IMG/VR virus record: IMGVR_UViG_2974666281_000001
Span: 107,176 to 171,175 of that record
Strand: one strand, 5' to 3'
Source of the DNA: a virus
Taxonomy: Duplodnaviria; Caudoviricetes
DNA: 64,000 nt
Positions 39,571 through 48,864 of this stretch are shown here, piece after piece; the stretch's first letter is position 1, and each line of letters begins with the position of its first letter. The notes under the pieces are model-generated. The model saw only the letters and a program-made list of their open reading frames with translations, had not been told where the DNA came from and ran no database searches. Made by a program: the position numbers and the translations under genes.

Positions 39571-39845
39571 TTTAATTTCTTCGCAATTTTCCAAGCAGCT
39601 TTAAACTCTTCGACTTCTTCAATTTCAATCCAAAAACCAGAGCCAAAACCATCGTTATAACAAGGACAGCCGTCGCAATAATCTTCCCAAGTAAGAACAC
39701 GACCACCAAGAGAAGCGCCAGTTTCCATAGCACAGAGACGCATTTCTGCTTCTTCGATTTCTTCTGGGTTGTTGCCTTCAATAATGAAGTACCATTTTCC
39801 ACGATATTCTTTACCTAAGTTGATAGCTTGACGTTTAAGTTTCAT
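39567..39845 (-). CDS. frd.1-like hypothetical protein (start moved to ATG 39845)
   Basis: MKLKRQAI...CPCYNDGFGSGFWIE. Confidence 0.78.
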   Translation of the reverse strand: MKLKRQAINLGKEYRGKWYFIIEGNNPEEIEEAEMRLCAMETGASLGGRVLTWEDYCDGCPCYNDGFGSGFWIEIEEVEEFKAAWKIAKKLK

Positions 39846-39903
39846 TTTATTCTCCTTGTTGGTGTAGAAGTATAGTAACATGCCTCTACACCGTTGTACA
39901 CTA
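39846..39903 (-). promoter_or_regulatory. early promoter with stem-loop around the -10, plus RBS
   Basis: GTGTAC -35; GGTGTAGAGGCAT/ATACTTCTACACC flank TACTAT; AAGGAG RBS. Confidence 0.75.
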
Positions 39904-40257
39904 CTTATTGAAAGCTTTTTTGATTAGCTCAATCATTTCTTCAGCGTTCTCACGGGTCACTACCAAAGACATAGACTTGGCGCCTTCAGCAGTTGAACCT
40001 ACTTCAACGAAGTATTTGAATTCGCCATTAGAGAGCTCAAAGTATTCATCGCCAGAGCTATTGGCATCGTAGACTTCGCCATTCTTCATACGCACTTTAC
40101 ATACGTACTTGTCAGTGTCTTCAGTGACCATTTCTAGAACACCAAACGACCCACCACCCTCTTCAATAAGGCGAAGCATATTTTCATTTGTACTGTTATC
40201 TTCAATAAAGTCAGCACGGAAAGCTTCGTTAAAGCTATAGAATTTACCTTCTTGCAT
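39901..40257 (-). CDS. frd.2-like hypothetical protein
   Basis: MQEGKFY...EFKYFVE...VTRENAEEMIELIK. Confidence 0.8.
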   Translation of the reverse strand: MQEGKFYSFNEAFRADFIEDNSTNENMLRLIEEGGGSFGVLEMVTEDTDKYVCKVRMKNGEVYDANSSGDEYFELSNGEFKYFVEVGSTAEGAKSMSLVVTRENAEEMIELIKKAFNK

Positions 40258-40266
40258 TTTAGACCT

Positions 40267-40344
40267 CTGAATAGATTAAATCTTTCTAAGTTGTTGAAAT
40301 TGTTACCTATTCTATTAATTATGAATAGGTAACTGAATAGATTA
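40267..40344. repeat. 12-bp direct repeat flanking an 11-bp inverted repeat
   Basis: CTGAATAGATTA at 40267 and 40333; GTTACCTATTC/GAATAGGTAAC inside. Confidence 0.85.
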
Positions 40345-40575
40345 GTGACAGATTGAACGAATTTTATCTTCTACGAGTTTCATATTAGCCATATGTGTGT
40401 CACGAGCCTTACCTACGCCTTCTGGATAAAGACCATTATAAGTTGATTGCTCATTATCACATGCAAGAATAACTAAGTTCCAAGACTGCGCTTGGAGGAT
40501 GCCGTAATCTTCCATCAAGATTTTCTTTTCTGCAGCTTTACCACGTTTAGCACGAAGAGCTTTTAACTGAATCAT
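40342..40575 (-). CDS. hypothetical protein
   Basis: 77 aa coupled ORF. Confidence 0.7.
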   Translation of the reverse strand: MIQLKALRAKRGKAAEKKILMEDYGILQAQSWNLVILACDNEQSTYNGLYPEGVGKARDTHMANMKLVEDKIRSICH

Positions 40576-40796
40576 TCTTCAATTTCCTTCAAAGTGTCAC
40601 GTAAGAAAGTGCCATCTTCATCAGCACCCACACAATACTGTTCACGAAGATAAGCTTCGATTTGAGAACGGTCACCTTCGATGCAGTATTCCCAACCCCA
40701 ACCACATGATTCAGCTGAAATTTCACGAAGTGAGTAGTCAGCAATTGTTGCTTCGAAATGTTCAGTATCAGCAACACCTAAGTAAATACGAGCCAT
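40572..40796 (-). CDS. frd.3-like protein (start moved to ATG 40796)
   Basis: MARIYLGVADTE...IEG...YCVG; GGAG RBS and early promoter. Confidence 0.75.
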   Translation of the reverse strand: MARIYLGVADTEHFEATIADYSLREISAESCGWGWEYCIEGDRSQIEAYLREQYCVGADEDGTFLRDTLKEIEE

Positions 40797-40860
40797 TTTA
40801 GTTCTCCAATCATTTTGTCTGTAGAAGCATAATAACATGCTCTTCATTAGTTGTAAACAC

Positions 40861-41073
40861 TTAAGCAGAAAGAATTTCGTTCATGTAGTTCTGGTGTAAA
40901 TCACGATTCTTAAAGAAGAATTCATCATTGAAATCCATCAAAGCATCTTTAGTACCTTCCAGAACAACTAAATGACATTTGGAAATCAACTTAGCACTTA
41001 CAACTTCACAACCATACTGAACAGCTGCTTCATTCATTTTAACCATGTCTTTAGCTACGATTTCAAGTTTCAT
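40861..41073 (-). CDS. hypothetical protein (start moved to ATG 41073)
   Basis: MKLEIVAKD; GGAG RBS and early promoter. Confidence 0.72.
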   Translation of the reverse strand: MKLEIVAKDMVKMNEAAVQYGCEVVSAKLISKCHLVVLEGTKDALMDFNDEFFFKNRDLHQNYMNEILSA

Positions 41074-41143
41074 TTTATTCTCCGTTTCAACATTTTGTTG
41101 GTGTAGAAGCATAATATCATGTTCTCAGGAGAAGTAAACACTT
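41069..41143 (-). repeat. early promoter/RBS cassette, copy 1 (near-identical to 58861-58933)
   Basis: GTGTTTACTTCTCCTGAGAACATGATATTATGCTTCTACA...CAAAATGTTGAAACGGAGAATAAAATGAA. Confidence 0.9.
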
Positions 41144-41160
41144 TTTGATTAAAACCCCTT

Positions 41161-41219
41161 TGGCACATATATGTTACATAAGCCATTAAAAAGCTTAATA
41201 ATGTAACATATATGTGCCA
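41161..41219. repeat. 19-bp perfect inverted repeat
   Basis: TGGCACATATATGTTACAT / ATGTAACATATATGTGCCA with a 21-nt spacer. Confidence 0.95.
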
Positions 41220-41221
41220 TA

Positions 41222-41249
41222 CAAAAAATGGGAGACCGAAGTCTCCCAT
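41222..41249 (-). terminator. UUCG terminator after gene 32
   Basis: ATGGGAGAC-TTCG-GTCTCCCAT-TTTTT. Confidence 0.9.
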
Positions 41250-41254
41250 CATTA

Positions 41255-42142
41255 TTACATATCAGCTAACAGAGCATCGAGGTCGTCTTCTTCAGCACCA
41301 GATGAAGCTGGAGTAGAAGGCTTACTGTCGAAGGCAGCCATATCTTTGTCGAAAGAATCAAGTGAATCACCGATTGCATCTGCTTGAGCTGCAGCTTTAG
41401 AAGCAGCACCACCCATAGCGGCTACACCCATCACCTGTTCAAATTTCTTCTGGAGAACATCCAGAGCTTTGAACTTATCTTTCGCAGTCAGTTCGCTCAA
41501 ATCAGACATATTTTCTTCGAGGAACTTCTGGAACGTTTCGTCAGTGATGTTAGGAATTTCAGATTGGCCCAGGAACTTAGAATCATCATAGTTCTTGAAA
41601 TCGCCTACTTTCTTAGTTTTCAGTACAAAGTTTGCACCATCAAAAGGACAAGTCACGTCAACTGGAACTTCACCGATAGAAGTATCGACTTCGACCATTG
41701 CAGTGATTTTGTCGTAAACTTTCTGACCAAAACGGAACTTGAATACTTTACCTTCTGTTTCTGGGTTAGCTTTGTCCTGGATAACCAGAATGTTAGCCCA
41801 GTATGAAGTCTTACGCTTCAGGAGTTGATATTCAGGCTTATTCGTGTTGTACGAATCATTTTTGGACAGATGTTGACAAACTGGACAGTTATCGAAATCA
41901 CCGTGAGTTGAAGAACAGTTTTCGATATACCATTTACCATTTTTCTTGAAGCCATGGTTAACCAGTTTTACAAACGGAAGACCTTCATCGCCTTTACCTG
42001 GCAGGAATCGAATAACAGCCATGCCGTTACCATTGTCGTCTTTCAGTTTCCATTCATTCTTATCGTCAGAAGAGAAACCAGAACCACCTTTCAGGGAAGC
42101 CAGTTGTGCTTGCAGAGCTGCTGGGTCTTTACGCTTAAACAT
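41255..42142 (-). CDS. 32: ssDNA-binding protein gp32
   Basis: [32 protein letters not shown], acidic tail. Confidence 0.99.
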   Translation of the reverse strand: MFKRKDPAALQAQLASLKGGSGFSSDDKNEWKLKDDNGNGMAVIRFLPGKGDEGLPFVKLVNHGFKKNGKWYIENCSSTHGDFDNCPVCQHLSKNDSYNTNKPEYQLLKRKTSYWANILVIQDKANPETEGKVFKFRFGQKVYDKITAMVEVDTSIGEVPVDVTCPFDGANFVLKTKKVGDFKNYDDSKFLGQSEIPNITDETFQKFLEENMSDLSELTAKDKFKALDVLQKKFEQVMGVAAMGGAASKAAAQADAIGDSLDSFDKDMAAFDSKPSTPASSGAEEDDLDALLADM

Positions 42143-42223
42143 ATATTTTACCTTATTTAATTTAATTAACAGTTTTTAGTTGATGTGACATAATGCCTCA
42201 CACCTGGCATACTGATATTTATA
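42143..42223 (-). promoter_or_regulatory. gene 32 late promoter, mRNA pseudoknot and AU-rich translational operator
   Basis: TATAAATA at 42216-42223; ATGCC-A-GGTGTGA-GGCAT-TATG-TCACATC H-type pseudoknot; AT-rich run to the ATG. Confidence 0.85.
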
Positions 42224-42224
42224 A

Positions 42225-42878
42225 TCAGATTTTGCAAGCTTTTATAGTTTGTATAAAGAGCTTTTTGGCTTCAAGAGCATCGATATTAAGAATTTTCTTG
42301 TATGCCTTTAGTTTAACCGAGTAATTCGACCAAACTAAATCAGTAGATAACTCATCATGTTTATCTATTATATTCAAAAAAGAATCAAGCAAAATAAACG
42401 TTTCAAAACTGATAACGTTTGATTGAAGAAGTTTAAAGATATAACTCGAGCTGACGTTCTTATTATACTCAAATAATTCATTAAGCGATTTGGTTTCAAC
42501 TTTCTTAGCGAAATAATACATGTTCTTAATATCATCTTCGAACACTGTTTTAACTCGTTTTAGTTTACCAATATATTCACGATAAAACACTAAAGCGTCA
42601 GCATCACTGATGTCGCCAATCCATGCATCTTGGTTAGCGACCAAGTTACTCATGAATATAAGTGTGAGTTCTTTAAGATTGTGTTTATCAGCTAATTTCT
42701 CAAAGAAATATTTGTCGCGACGCTTATTATAGGCGGCATCAGAGATTCGCATGGTCCAATTATACTTTATAACGTCGTAACGACCATTAAAATGATTTTT
42801 TAACATTAAATATAATTGATATACACTTTTACCATTAATAAATCTAGTGCCATTAGGAGGCATGCGAATCGTTATCAT
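42225..42878 (-). CDS. 59: helicase loader gp59 (start moved to ATG 42878, 217 aa)
   Basis: MITIRMPPNGTRFINGKSVYQLYLM...RRDKYFFEKL. Confidence 0.95.
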   Translation of the reverse strand: MITIRMPPNGTRFINGKSVYQLYLMLKNHFNGRYDVIKYNWTMRISDAAYNKRRDKYFFEKLADKHNLKELTLIFMSNLVANQDAWIGDISDADALVFYREYIGKLKRVKTVFEDDIKNMYYFAKKVETKSLNELFEYNKNVSSSYIFKLLQSNVISFETFILLDSFLNIIDKHDELSTDLVWSNYSVKLKAYKKILNIDALEAKKLFIQTIKACKI

Positions 42879-43461
42879 AATATTTCCAATTATCCCATTT
42901 CTTAGAATATATTCTTGCTCTAACAGTCGAAAGAGCAATCCCATATTCTTCAGCCACTTCAGAAGAACTAGAGTAGATTATATCATCAACCAAAATCTTT
43001 TTTAATTTAGCTTTACTTAACGCATCCTTATGAGAAGGAGAAAGAATTTTACCTTTATTAGGCGACGGTATCTTTCTAGACAATCTAGTTTTAGACATCT
43101 TATCTTTAGCTTCTTGAGTTCTAGGAATACCAGTTTTAGTTTCAATTATAATTTTGATATGACTATCACTAAGCTTTTTACCAGGACCGCCTATACCGCC
43201 AGGGACTAAATTATATGTGTCTGGGTCAGATACAAAATCAGAATTTACTAATTCGGCTTCTTTATCATAAGCCTCTTTAGGATTAGAATATTCGAATAAA
43301 ACTTCTTTTGAAAAGCTTTCTCTTCCATACTTCTTAAGTGCAGATTTGAAAGCTTTCCCAGAACCAATATACCAATCCTTGGAACGAGTTTGCTTATGCA
43401 CACCGATATAAATCTTCCCATTAATCAGATTGGTTGTTTTATATACGGTGTACTTAATCAT
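42853..43461 (-). mobile_element. free-standing GIY-YIG (Seg-like) homing endonuclease gene
   Basis: VYKTTNLINGKIYIGVH, YIGSG, YNLVPGG, NUMOD3-like repeats and a C-terminal HTH. Confidence 0.9.
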
Positions 43462-43769
43462 AACAAGAAATCCAAAGTGTTCGTTCGTTGGGTGCGAGCC
43501 ATTGAAGGACGAAGCATATGGTCATCAATAGCTTCACTCATAATCTTGTCAATTATACCTGTTGGAATAAATCGAGCAAATTGTCCTTCTGGGATAGAAT
43601 TTTCTTCAAGCCAGGCCGTAGTAACTTCTAGATAAGAAGAACCAGTTTCAGCAACCAATTTTTCAATATCAAACCCGTTTTGTTGTTTATCTAAAGAAGT
43701 ACTGATATCGTCTTTAGAAGGAAGAGGGGCCGGAGCCCCATTATCATTTAGCAGGGAAAATTGAGTCAT
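43458..43769 (-). CDS. 33: late transcription coactivator gp33 (start moved to ATG 43769)
   Basis: MTQFSL...WLEENSIPE...TNTLDFLL. Confidence 0.93.
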   Translation of the reverse strand: MTQFSLLNDNGAPAPLPSKDDISTSLDKQQNGFDIEKLVAETGSSYLEVTTAWLEENSIPEGQFARFIPTGIIDKIMSEAIDDHMLRPSMARTQRTNTLDFLL

Positions 43770-44031
43770 ACAGTTCAACAACCTCTTCTTTCTCAGATTC
43801 AAAACGATCACGTGTACCTTTGTGATGCAGAGCGAATACCTGGTTGAACAGTTTACCATCTACACCAAGCTCTTTTTTAGCTCGGGTTTTAATTTCTTTA
43901 ATCTGGTCGCCATAGGCTTCCATTTTAAGACGAATATCAGAAGCTTCTTTAACCATTTTAGCTAGGTCAGCACCATGGACGGCTTCGTCAAATTCAACTT
44001 TTTTCTCTTTCTTTTCTTTAACTTCTTTCAT
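43744..44031 (-). CDS. dsbA: dsDNA-binding protein DsbA
   Basis: VEFDEAVHG...AKKELGVDGKLFN. Confidence 0.92.
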   Translation of the reverse strand: MKEVKEKKEKKVEFDEAVHGADLAKMVKEASDIRLKMEAYGDQIKEIKTRAKKELGVDGKLFNQVFALHHKGTRDRFESEKEEVVELYDSIFPAK

Positions 44032-44038
44032 ATTCACC

Positions 44039-44980
44039 TCAAAAATCGTTCAGATTATTCATTAGTTTAGACAGACCAGATTTCACGAAATAAGAATAAA
44101 CTCGTGAACGTGGTGGTACCTTGTAATTATTATAACGTTCCATGATTAAAGCCTTAATGTCATCACGGATGAAGTCCATATCTATAAGAATACGGTTTTC
44201 TTTGAAACGTTCAAACTGAACAGGAGTCAGTAAACTTTCAATTTTTTCTAAGTCATAATAATGCTCAGCGATATCTTCAAGTTCTTTTTGCTTAGTAGGA
44301 GGAGTACGTTCACCTTCTACTTTAGTCAACCAAAAGTCACCACGAACTTTAATTGATGCGACGTTATCTTTCTTATCGCCTTTAACTACTTTAGTCACAC
44401 AATCAAGTAATGGAGAACCTGTTTTAGATTTTACCCATTTCTTGAACATTGGCGCCCATTGCTTAAGATTAGGCAATTTATGGAGCTGTGTAAAGTCACC
44501 ATCAGACGAACAAACTACAACTGGATGTCCTAACATAGTTAGGTGCTGAGCCAGAATAGCAATATGATCATCAGCCTCAATAGTATCAATATTCATGACA
44601 ATATAAGGCATATATTTTTCTAGTTCATCCACAACAATATGGAGAGCTTCAAATAATCCAGCCCAATCAAACATTGATTCTTCACGGTCTAATGCACGGT
44701 TTTTCTTATAATAGTGAGCCTCTTGACGGCGCCAATACCCTGATTTAGAGTTATCTACGCACACAATAAGATTTTCGTAACCTTGTTTCTTGAACATCAT
44801 CTTGTTCTTACGCATAGATTGCAGAACCAGATGTCGCAACATAGGAACAGTTACTTTTGGAAATTTGTTAGCTTCACCAAACTCTGTGAAAGCCGCAGCC
44901 ATGATAATCTGGCTGAAGTCCATAAGAACATAACCTTCTTTAGGACGATCCTCTTCAGGAAGTAAAAAATCTAAACTCAT
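44039..44980 (-). CDS. rnh: RNase H (5'-3' exonuclease)
   Basis: EADDHIA, SSDGDFTQLH, KGDKKDNVAS. Confidence 0.97.
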   Translation of the reverse strand: MSLDFLLPEEDRPKEGYVLMDFSQIIMAAAFTEFGEANKFPKVTVPMLRHLVLQSMRKNKMMFKKQGYENLIVCVDNSKSGYWRRQEAHYYKKNRALDREESMFDWAGLFEALHIVVDELEKYMPYIVMNIDTIEADDHIAILAQHLTMLGHPVVVCSSDGDFTQLHKLPNLKQWAPMFKKWVKSKTGSPLLDCVTKVVKGDKKDNVASIKVRGDFWLTKVEGERTPPTKQKELEDIAEHYYDLEKIESLLTPVQFERFKENRILIDMDFIRDDIKALIMERYNNYKVPPRSRVYSYFVKSGLSKLMNNLNDF

Positions 44981-45044
44981 TTCAATGAACCTTGTTCAAT
45001 TAGTCAACTCAGCTATAGTAACACTTTGTGATGAAAGCGTACAT

Positions 45045-45052
45045 TATAAATA
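45045..45052 (+). promoter_or_regulatory. late promoter for gene 34
   Basis: TATAAATA. Confidence 0.85.
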
Positions 45053-45085
45053 TCTCTATACTCCAAGACCTAAAGGAAACTCAAT

Positions 45086-48000
45086 ATGGCCGATATTTTA
45101 AAACCTGCTTTCCGTGCCACGTCCGGCCTTGATGCAGGTGGCGAAAAAGTTATCAACGTTTCTAAAGCTGATTTCAATACAAAAACTGATGGTGTAAACG
45201 TTGAATTCTTTATTGAAGAAAACACCATCCAAGAATATGATAGTACTCGTGGATATCGTAAGAATTTTGCAGTGATGTTTGATGGACGTATCTGGACTGC
45301 AAAAGAAGATATCGCAGCTCCAGCTGGTACGTTCCAAGAACCTCGTTGGACAGCATTACGTACAGATGCTAAATGGAAGTATGTAACTTCTGGTGCTAAT
45401 AACGCACTTAAATCAGGTGATTACATCTCTGTATCAACCGAAACAAGTGATGTTGGATTTGTTTTACCTAATACTCCACAAGATGGAGACACAATAGTAA
45501 TTAAAGATGTTGGCGGTAAGGTTGGGTATAACTCATTAAAGGTTAAAATTTCTAACCAATCTATTATCCGTTTTAATGTTCCTGTTTCTGAAGTAATTAT
45601 TACTAAAGCACGTGCTGAAAGTATTTTCATTTTTAGTAATAGACAATGGCAATTCTATTCTTATGAAGAAGATGAACATGCTATCAGAGTAACTTCTGCA
45701 GCTGAACATAGAGCAACGGCTGGTGAACATATTTTCCGTACCCATGCAAACCCAGGTCTAGTTAAAGTAATGCTGCCTAAGTTTGCTAATAATGGTGACA
45801 TCATTTATTTTACCGATCTTGACGGGTTAGGTCCTATTCATCATTTACAGCTTCGTACTTTTGACGATAGTACAAGTATTGGTAAAGCTGGGGTTCATCA
45901 GGCTGAATACCGTACTTCAGGTGATGGTTTAGTTGTATTTGATGCTGCTGAAAAAGTTTGGCGCACTTGGGATGGCGATCTCAGGACTCGTCTTCGTATT
46001 ATTCGTGATGATGTTAAACTTATGCCTAACGAAAGTGTTATGGTGTTTGGTACGAATAATGCTATAGAAAAAACTATTAATGTTGAATTGCCATTATCAG
46101 TTGCATTAGGCGATAAAGTTCGTATCGCTATGAACTATATGCGTAAAGGACAGAAAGTTGTTATTAAAGCGGCTGAAGGCGATACAATAGCTACTTCTAA
46201 ATCTTTACTTCAATTCCCTAAACGTTCAGAATATCCACCTGAAGTAGAATGGGTACAAGTTACTTCATTAACCTTTGACGGTACTCAGGATTATGTTCCT
46301 ATTATTGAACTTTCTTATATTGAAGATGGAACTAAACATTATTGGGTAGTTTCAACAAACGATCCAACAGTTGAACGTGTCGATTCTAAAACAGATGAAA
46401 CTCGTAAACGTTTAGGCGTAATTGCACTGGCGAGCCAGACTCAAGCTAACGTTGATAAAGAAAACAATCCAGAAAAAGAACTTGCTATTACTCCTGAAAC
46501 TTTAGCAAATCGTACTTCTACCGAATCAAGACGTGGTATTTCTCGTTTAGCTACTACGGCAGAAGTTGTACAGGATTCTAACTTTGCTTTCTTAGATGAT
46601 GTCATTGTTACTCCTAAAAAACTGAATCAACGTGTTGCTACTGAAACTTCTCGTGGTTTAGCCGAAATAGCTACTCAAACTGAAACCAACCAAGGAACAG
46701 ATGATACAACTATTATAACGCCAAAGAAATTAGAAGCACGTCGTGCAACTGAAAATATGGCTGGTATCGCTAAACTTGTTTCTACAGTTGGAACTACTGC
46801 AGGCGTAGATCGTGCAACTAAAGGAACCAATGTCTATGATTATGACAATAACACTGATATTGTAACTCCTAAGTCCCTGGCACAACAGAAGGCGACTTAT
46901 ACAGAACAGGGTTCATTGTTCATTGCCACAGCTAATGAAGTTATTTCAGGCGTCTCTCAGGAAGGATTCCAGACCGCAGTTACTCCTGTTGAATTGCATA
47001 AGAAAACTGCTACTGAAACTCGTATTGGATTTAGTGAACTTGCTACGCAAGCAGAAACTGATGCTGGTACTGATGATTTTAGAATTGTTACACCTAAGAA
47101 ATTGAATGACCGTAAGGCTCGTGAAGATTTGACTGGTTTGGCAAGAATTGCAACACAAGTTGAATTTGATGCAGGTACTTTAGATAATGTTATTTCAACT
47201 CCGTTGAAAGTTAAAACACATTTCAATGATACTGCCCGTACTTCTGTTGTAACCGATAGTGGTTTAGTAGAACAAGGAACTCTCTGGAACCATTATACCC
47301 TTGATATCCAAGAAGCATCTGAAACCCAACGTGGCACAGCTCGCCTGGCAACTCAAGGTGAAGTTGATACTGGAACAGATGATAAGACTGTTGTTACACC
47401 TTTGAAACTGCATAAGAAGAAAGCAACCGAATCTACTGAAGGTATCGTTAAAATCGCTACCCAAGTTGAAACAGTAGCTGGAACTTCTTCTATTACAGCT
47501 GTTTCTCCTAAAAATCTGAAACACGTTATCCAAGTAGAAAAAACTTGGGAAGCATCGCCAATTCTACGTGGCTTAGTTAAGATTTCAGAAAATGCTATCA
47601 CTTGGGAAGGTAATAATGTAGATGGTTCAACTAAACCTCTTGAAAATTACGAGAAGTCTGGCTATGCTATTTCTCCTTATGAATTAAACAAGACTTTAGC
47701 GAATTATCTCCCTAAAATGGGTCAAGCCGAAGATTCACGTAATTTAGATGGACTAGATTCATCTCAGTTCATTCGTCGTGATATCGACCAAACAGTTAAT
47801 GGTAAATTGACTCTTACTAAAGAAACGACAGTTTCGGCTCCTATTGTTTCAACTTCTACTGCGAAGTTTGATTCTGTAACGAGCGTTAAGAGTGTTACTA
47901 TTGGCGATGGAACGGGTGATGCTGTTTTCAATATGCTAGGTAAAGACAATCCTTGGAATGTTTCTTCACTGACTTCTAAAGAAACCTTGGAATTCAAATC

Positions 48001-48856
48001 AGGAGATACTAACGCATTAGTTATCAATAAAAATGGTAACTTGACTTCAGCAGGACAAATTGCCGCTCCTTCAGTAGATGTTTCAAAATCTTATAAGCTG
48101 AACGGTGTAAACGTTTTAACTTCAGAAACAATTGGTGTTACCCCAGTCGTTTCAGTTGGTTCAACTACTCAAAAATTAGTTATCAAAACAGTTGATGCTG
48201 GAAAAATCGATATCTATGATAAAGATTCTCCATCAACTCCTTATACTGTTCTGACTACTAAAAACGCAGTTGATATTGTTGGCAATAACTTTGTTAAGAA
48301 AATTGGTGATAACATGAGCGGTCGCTTAACAGTGAACGCTGCAATGTCAATCATCATGGACCAAGACAAAGCCATGCTTCCATTATCTTCTGAAACAATC
48401 GGTACTTGGTCTACTGAAATCACTAAGAAAACCCATTACGATAAATTACCTGGTTATGTTGTCCCAGTATTTGTTGAGGGTGAAGAAGGCGGTTCTACCG
48501 GTATAGTTGAGCGTTATGAAGAAGTTAAATCAATAGGAACTATGTCTCAGTTCGGTGTATCTGCAGCATATACTTATCGCATTTGGACTCCTCGTCCACA
48601 GGTTCCACAGGATAACCATAATGCGGTTTCAATGTATATGCAGATGTGGGATTCTGCTCGTAACACATGGGGTCAATGGTCTCGTATGTTTACTTCAGAG
48701 GCTCCTCCTACTGCGGCTGATATCGGTGCTGTTTCTACCGCTGGTTCTGCATTCGATAACTTGAAAATCCATAAATGGCTTCAGATCGGTAATGTACGTA
48801 TTGAACCAGACGAAACAACTCGTACTGTTAAATTCACTTGGGTTGATAATCCATAA
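45086..48856 (+). CDS. 34: long tail fibre proximal subunit gp34
   Basis: FRATSGLDAGGEKVINV; repeated ATQxE...VTPKKL motifs. Confidence 0.97.
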   Translation: MADILKPAFRATSGLDAGGEKVINVSKADFNTKTDGVNVEFFIEENTIQEYDSTRGYRKNFAVMFDGRIWTAKEDIAAPAGTFQEPRWTALRTDAKWKYVTSGANNALKSGDYISVSTETSDVGFVLPNTPQDGDTIVIKDVGGKVGYNSLKVKISNQSIIRFNVPVSEVIITKARAESIFIFSNRQWQFYSYEEDEHAIRVTSAAEHRATAGEHIFRTHANPGLVKVMLPKFANNGDIIYFTDLDGLGPIHHLQLRTFDDSTSIGKAGVHQAEYRTSGDGLVVFDAAEKVWRTWDGDLRTRLRIIRDDVKLMPNESVMVFGTNNAIEKTINVELPLSVALGDKVRIAMNYMRKGQKVVIKAAEGDTIATSKSLLQFPKRSEYPPEVEWVQVTSLTFDGTQDYVPIIELSYIEDGTKHYWVVSTNDPTVERVDSKTDETRKRLGVIALASQTQANVDKENNPEKELAITPETLANRTSTESRRGISRLATTAEVVQDSNFAFLDDVIVTPKKLNQRVATETSRGLAEIATQTETNQGTDDTTIITPKKLEARRATENMAGIAKLVSTVGTTAGVDRATKGTNVYDYDNNTDIVTPKSLAQQKATYTEQGSLFIATANEVISGVSQEGFQTAVTPVELHKKTATETRIGFSELATQAETDAGTDDFRIVTPKKLNDRKAREDLTGLARIATQVEFDAGTLDNVISTPLKVKTHFNDTARTSVVTDSGLVEQGTLWNHYTLDIQEASETQRGTARLATQGEVDTGTDDKTVVTPLKLHKKKATESTEGIVKIATQVETVAGTSSITAVSPKNLKHVIQVEKTWEASPILRGLVKISENAITWEGNNVDGSTKPLENYEKSGYAISPYELNKTLANYLPKMGQAEDSRNLDGLDSSQFIRRDIDQTVNGKLTLTKETTVSAPIVSTSTAKFDSVTSVKSVTIGDGTGDAVFNMLGKDNPWNVSSLTSKETLEFKSGDTNALVINKNGNLTSAGQIAAPSVDVSKSYKLNGVNVLTSETIGVTPVVSVGSTTQKLVIKTVDAGKIDIYDKDSPSTPYTVLTTKNAVDIVGNNFVKKIGDNMSGRLTVNAAMSIIMDQDKAMLPLSSETIGTWSTEITKKTHYDKLPGYVVPVFVEGEEGGSTGIVERYEEVKSIGTMSQFGVSAAYTYRIWTPRPQVPQDNHNAVSMYMQMWDSARNTWGQWSRMFTSEAPPTAADIGAVSTAGSAFDNLKIHKWLQIGNVRIEPDETTRTVKFTWVDNP

Positions 48857-48864
48857 GAGGTATT

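Noticed and set aside
41070-41252. 60-aa hydrophobic ORF downstream of gene 32
   Set aside because: Runs through a terminator, the 19-bp inverted repeat and a promoter; no convincing RBS.
46400-47600. Repetitive sequence in gene 34
   Set aside because: Ordinary gp34 structural repeats (ATQxE...VTPxKL).
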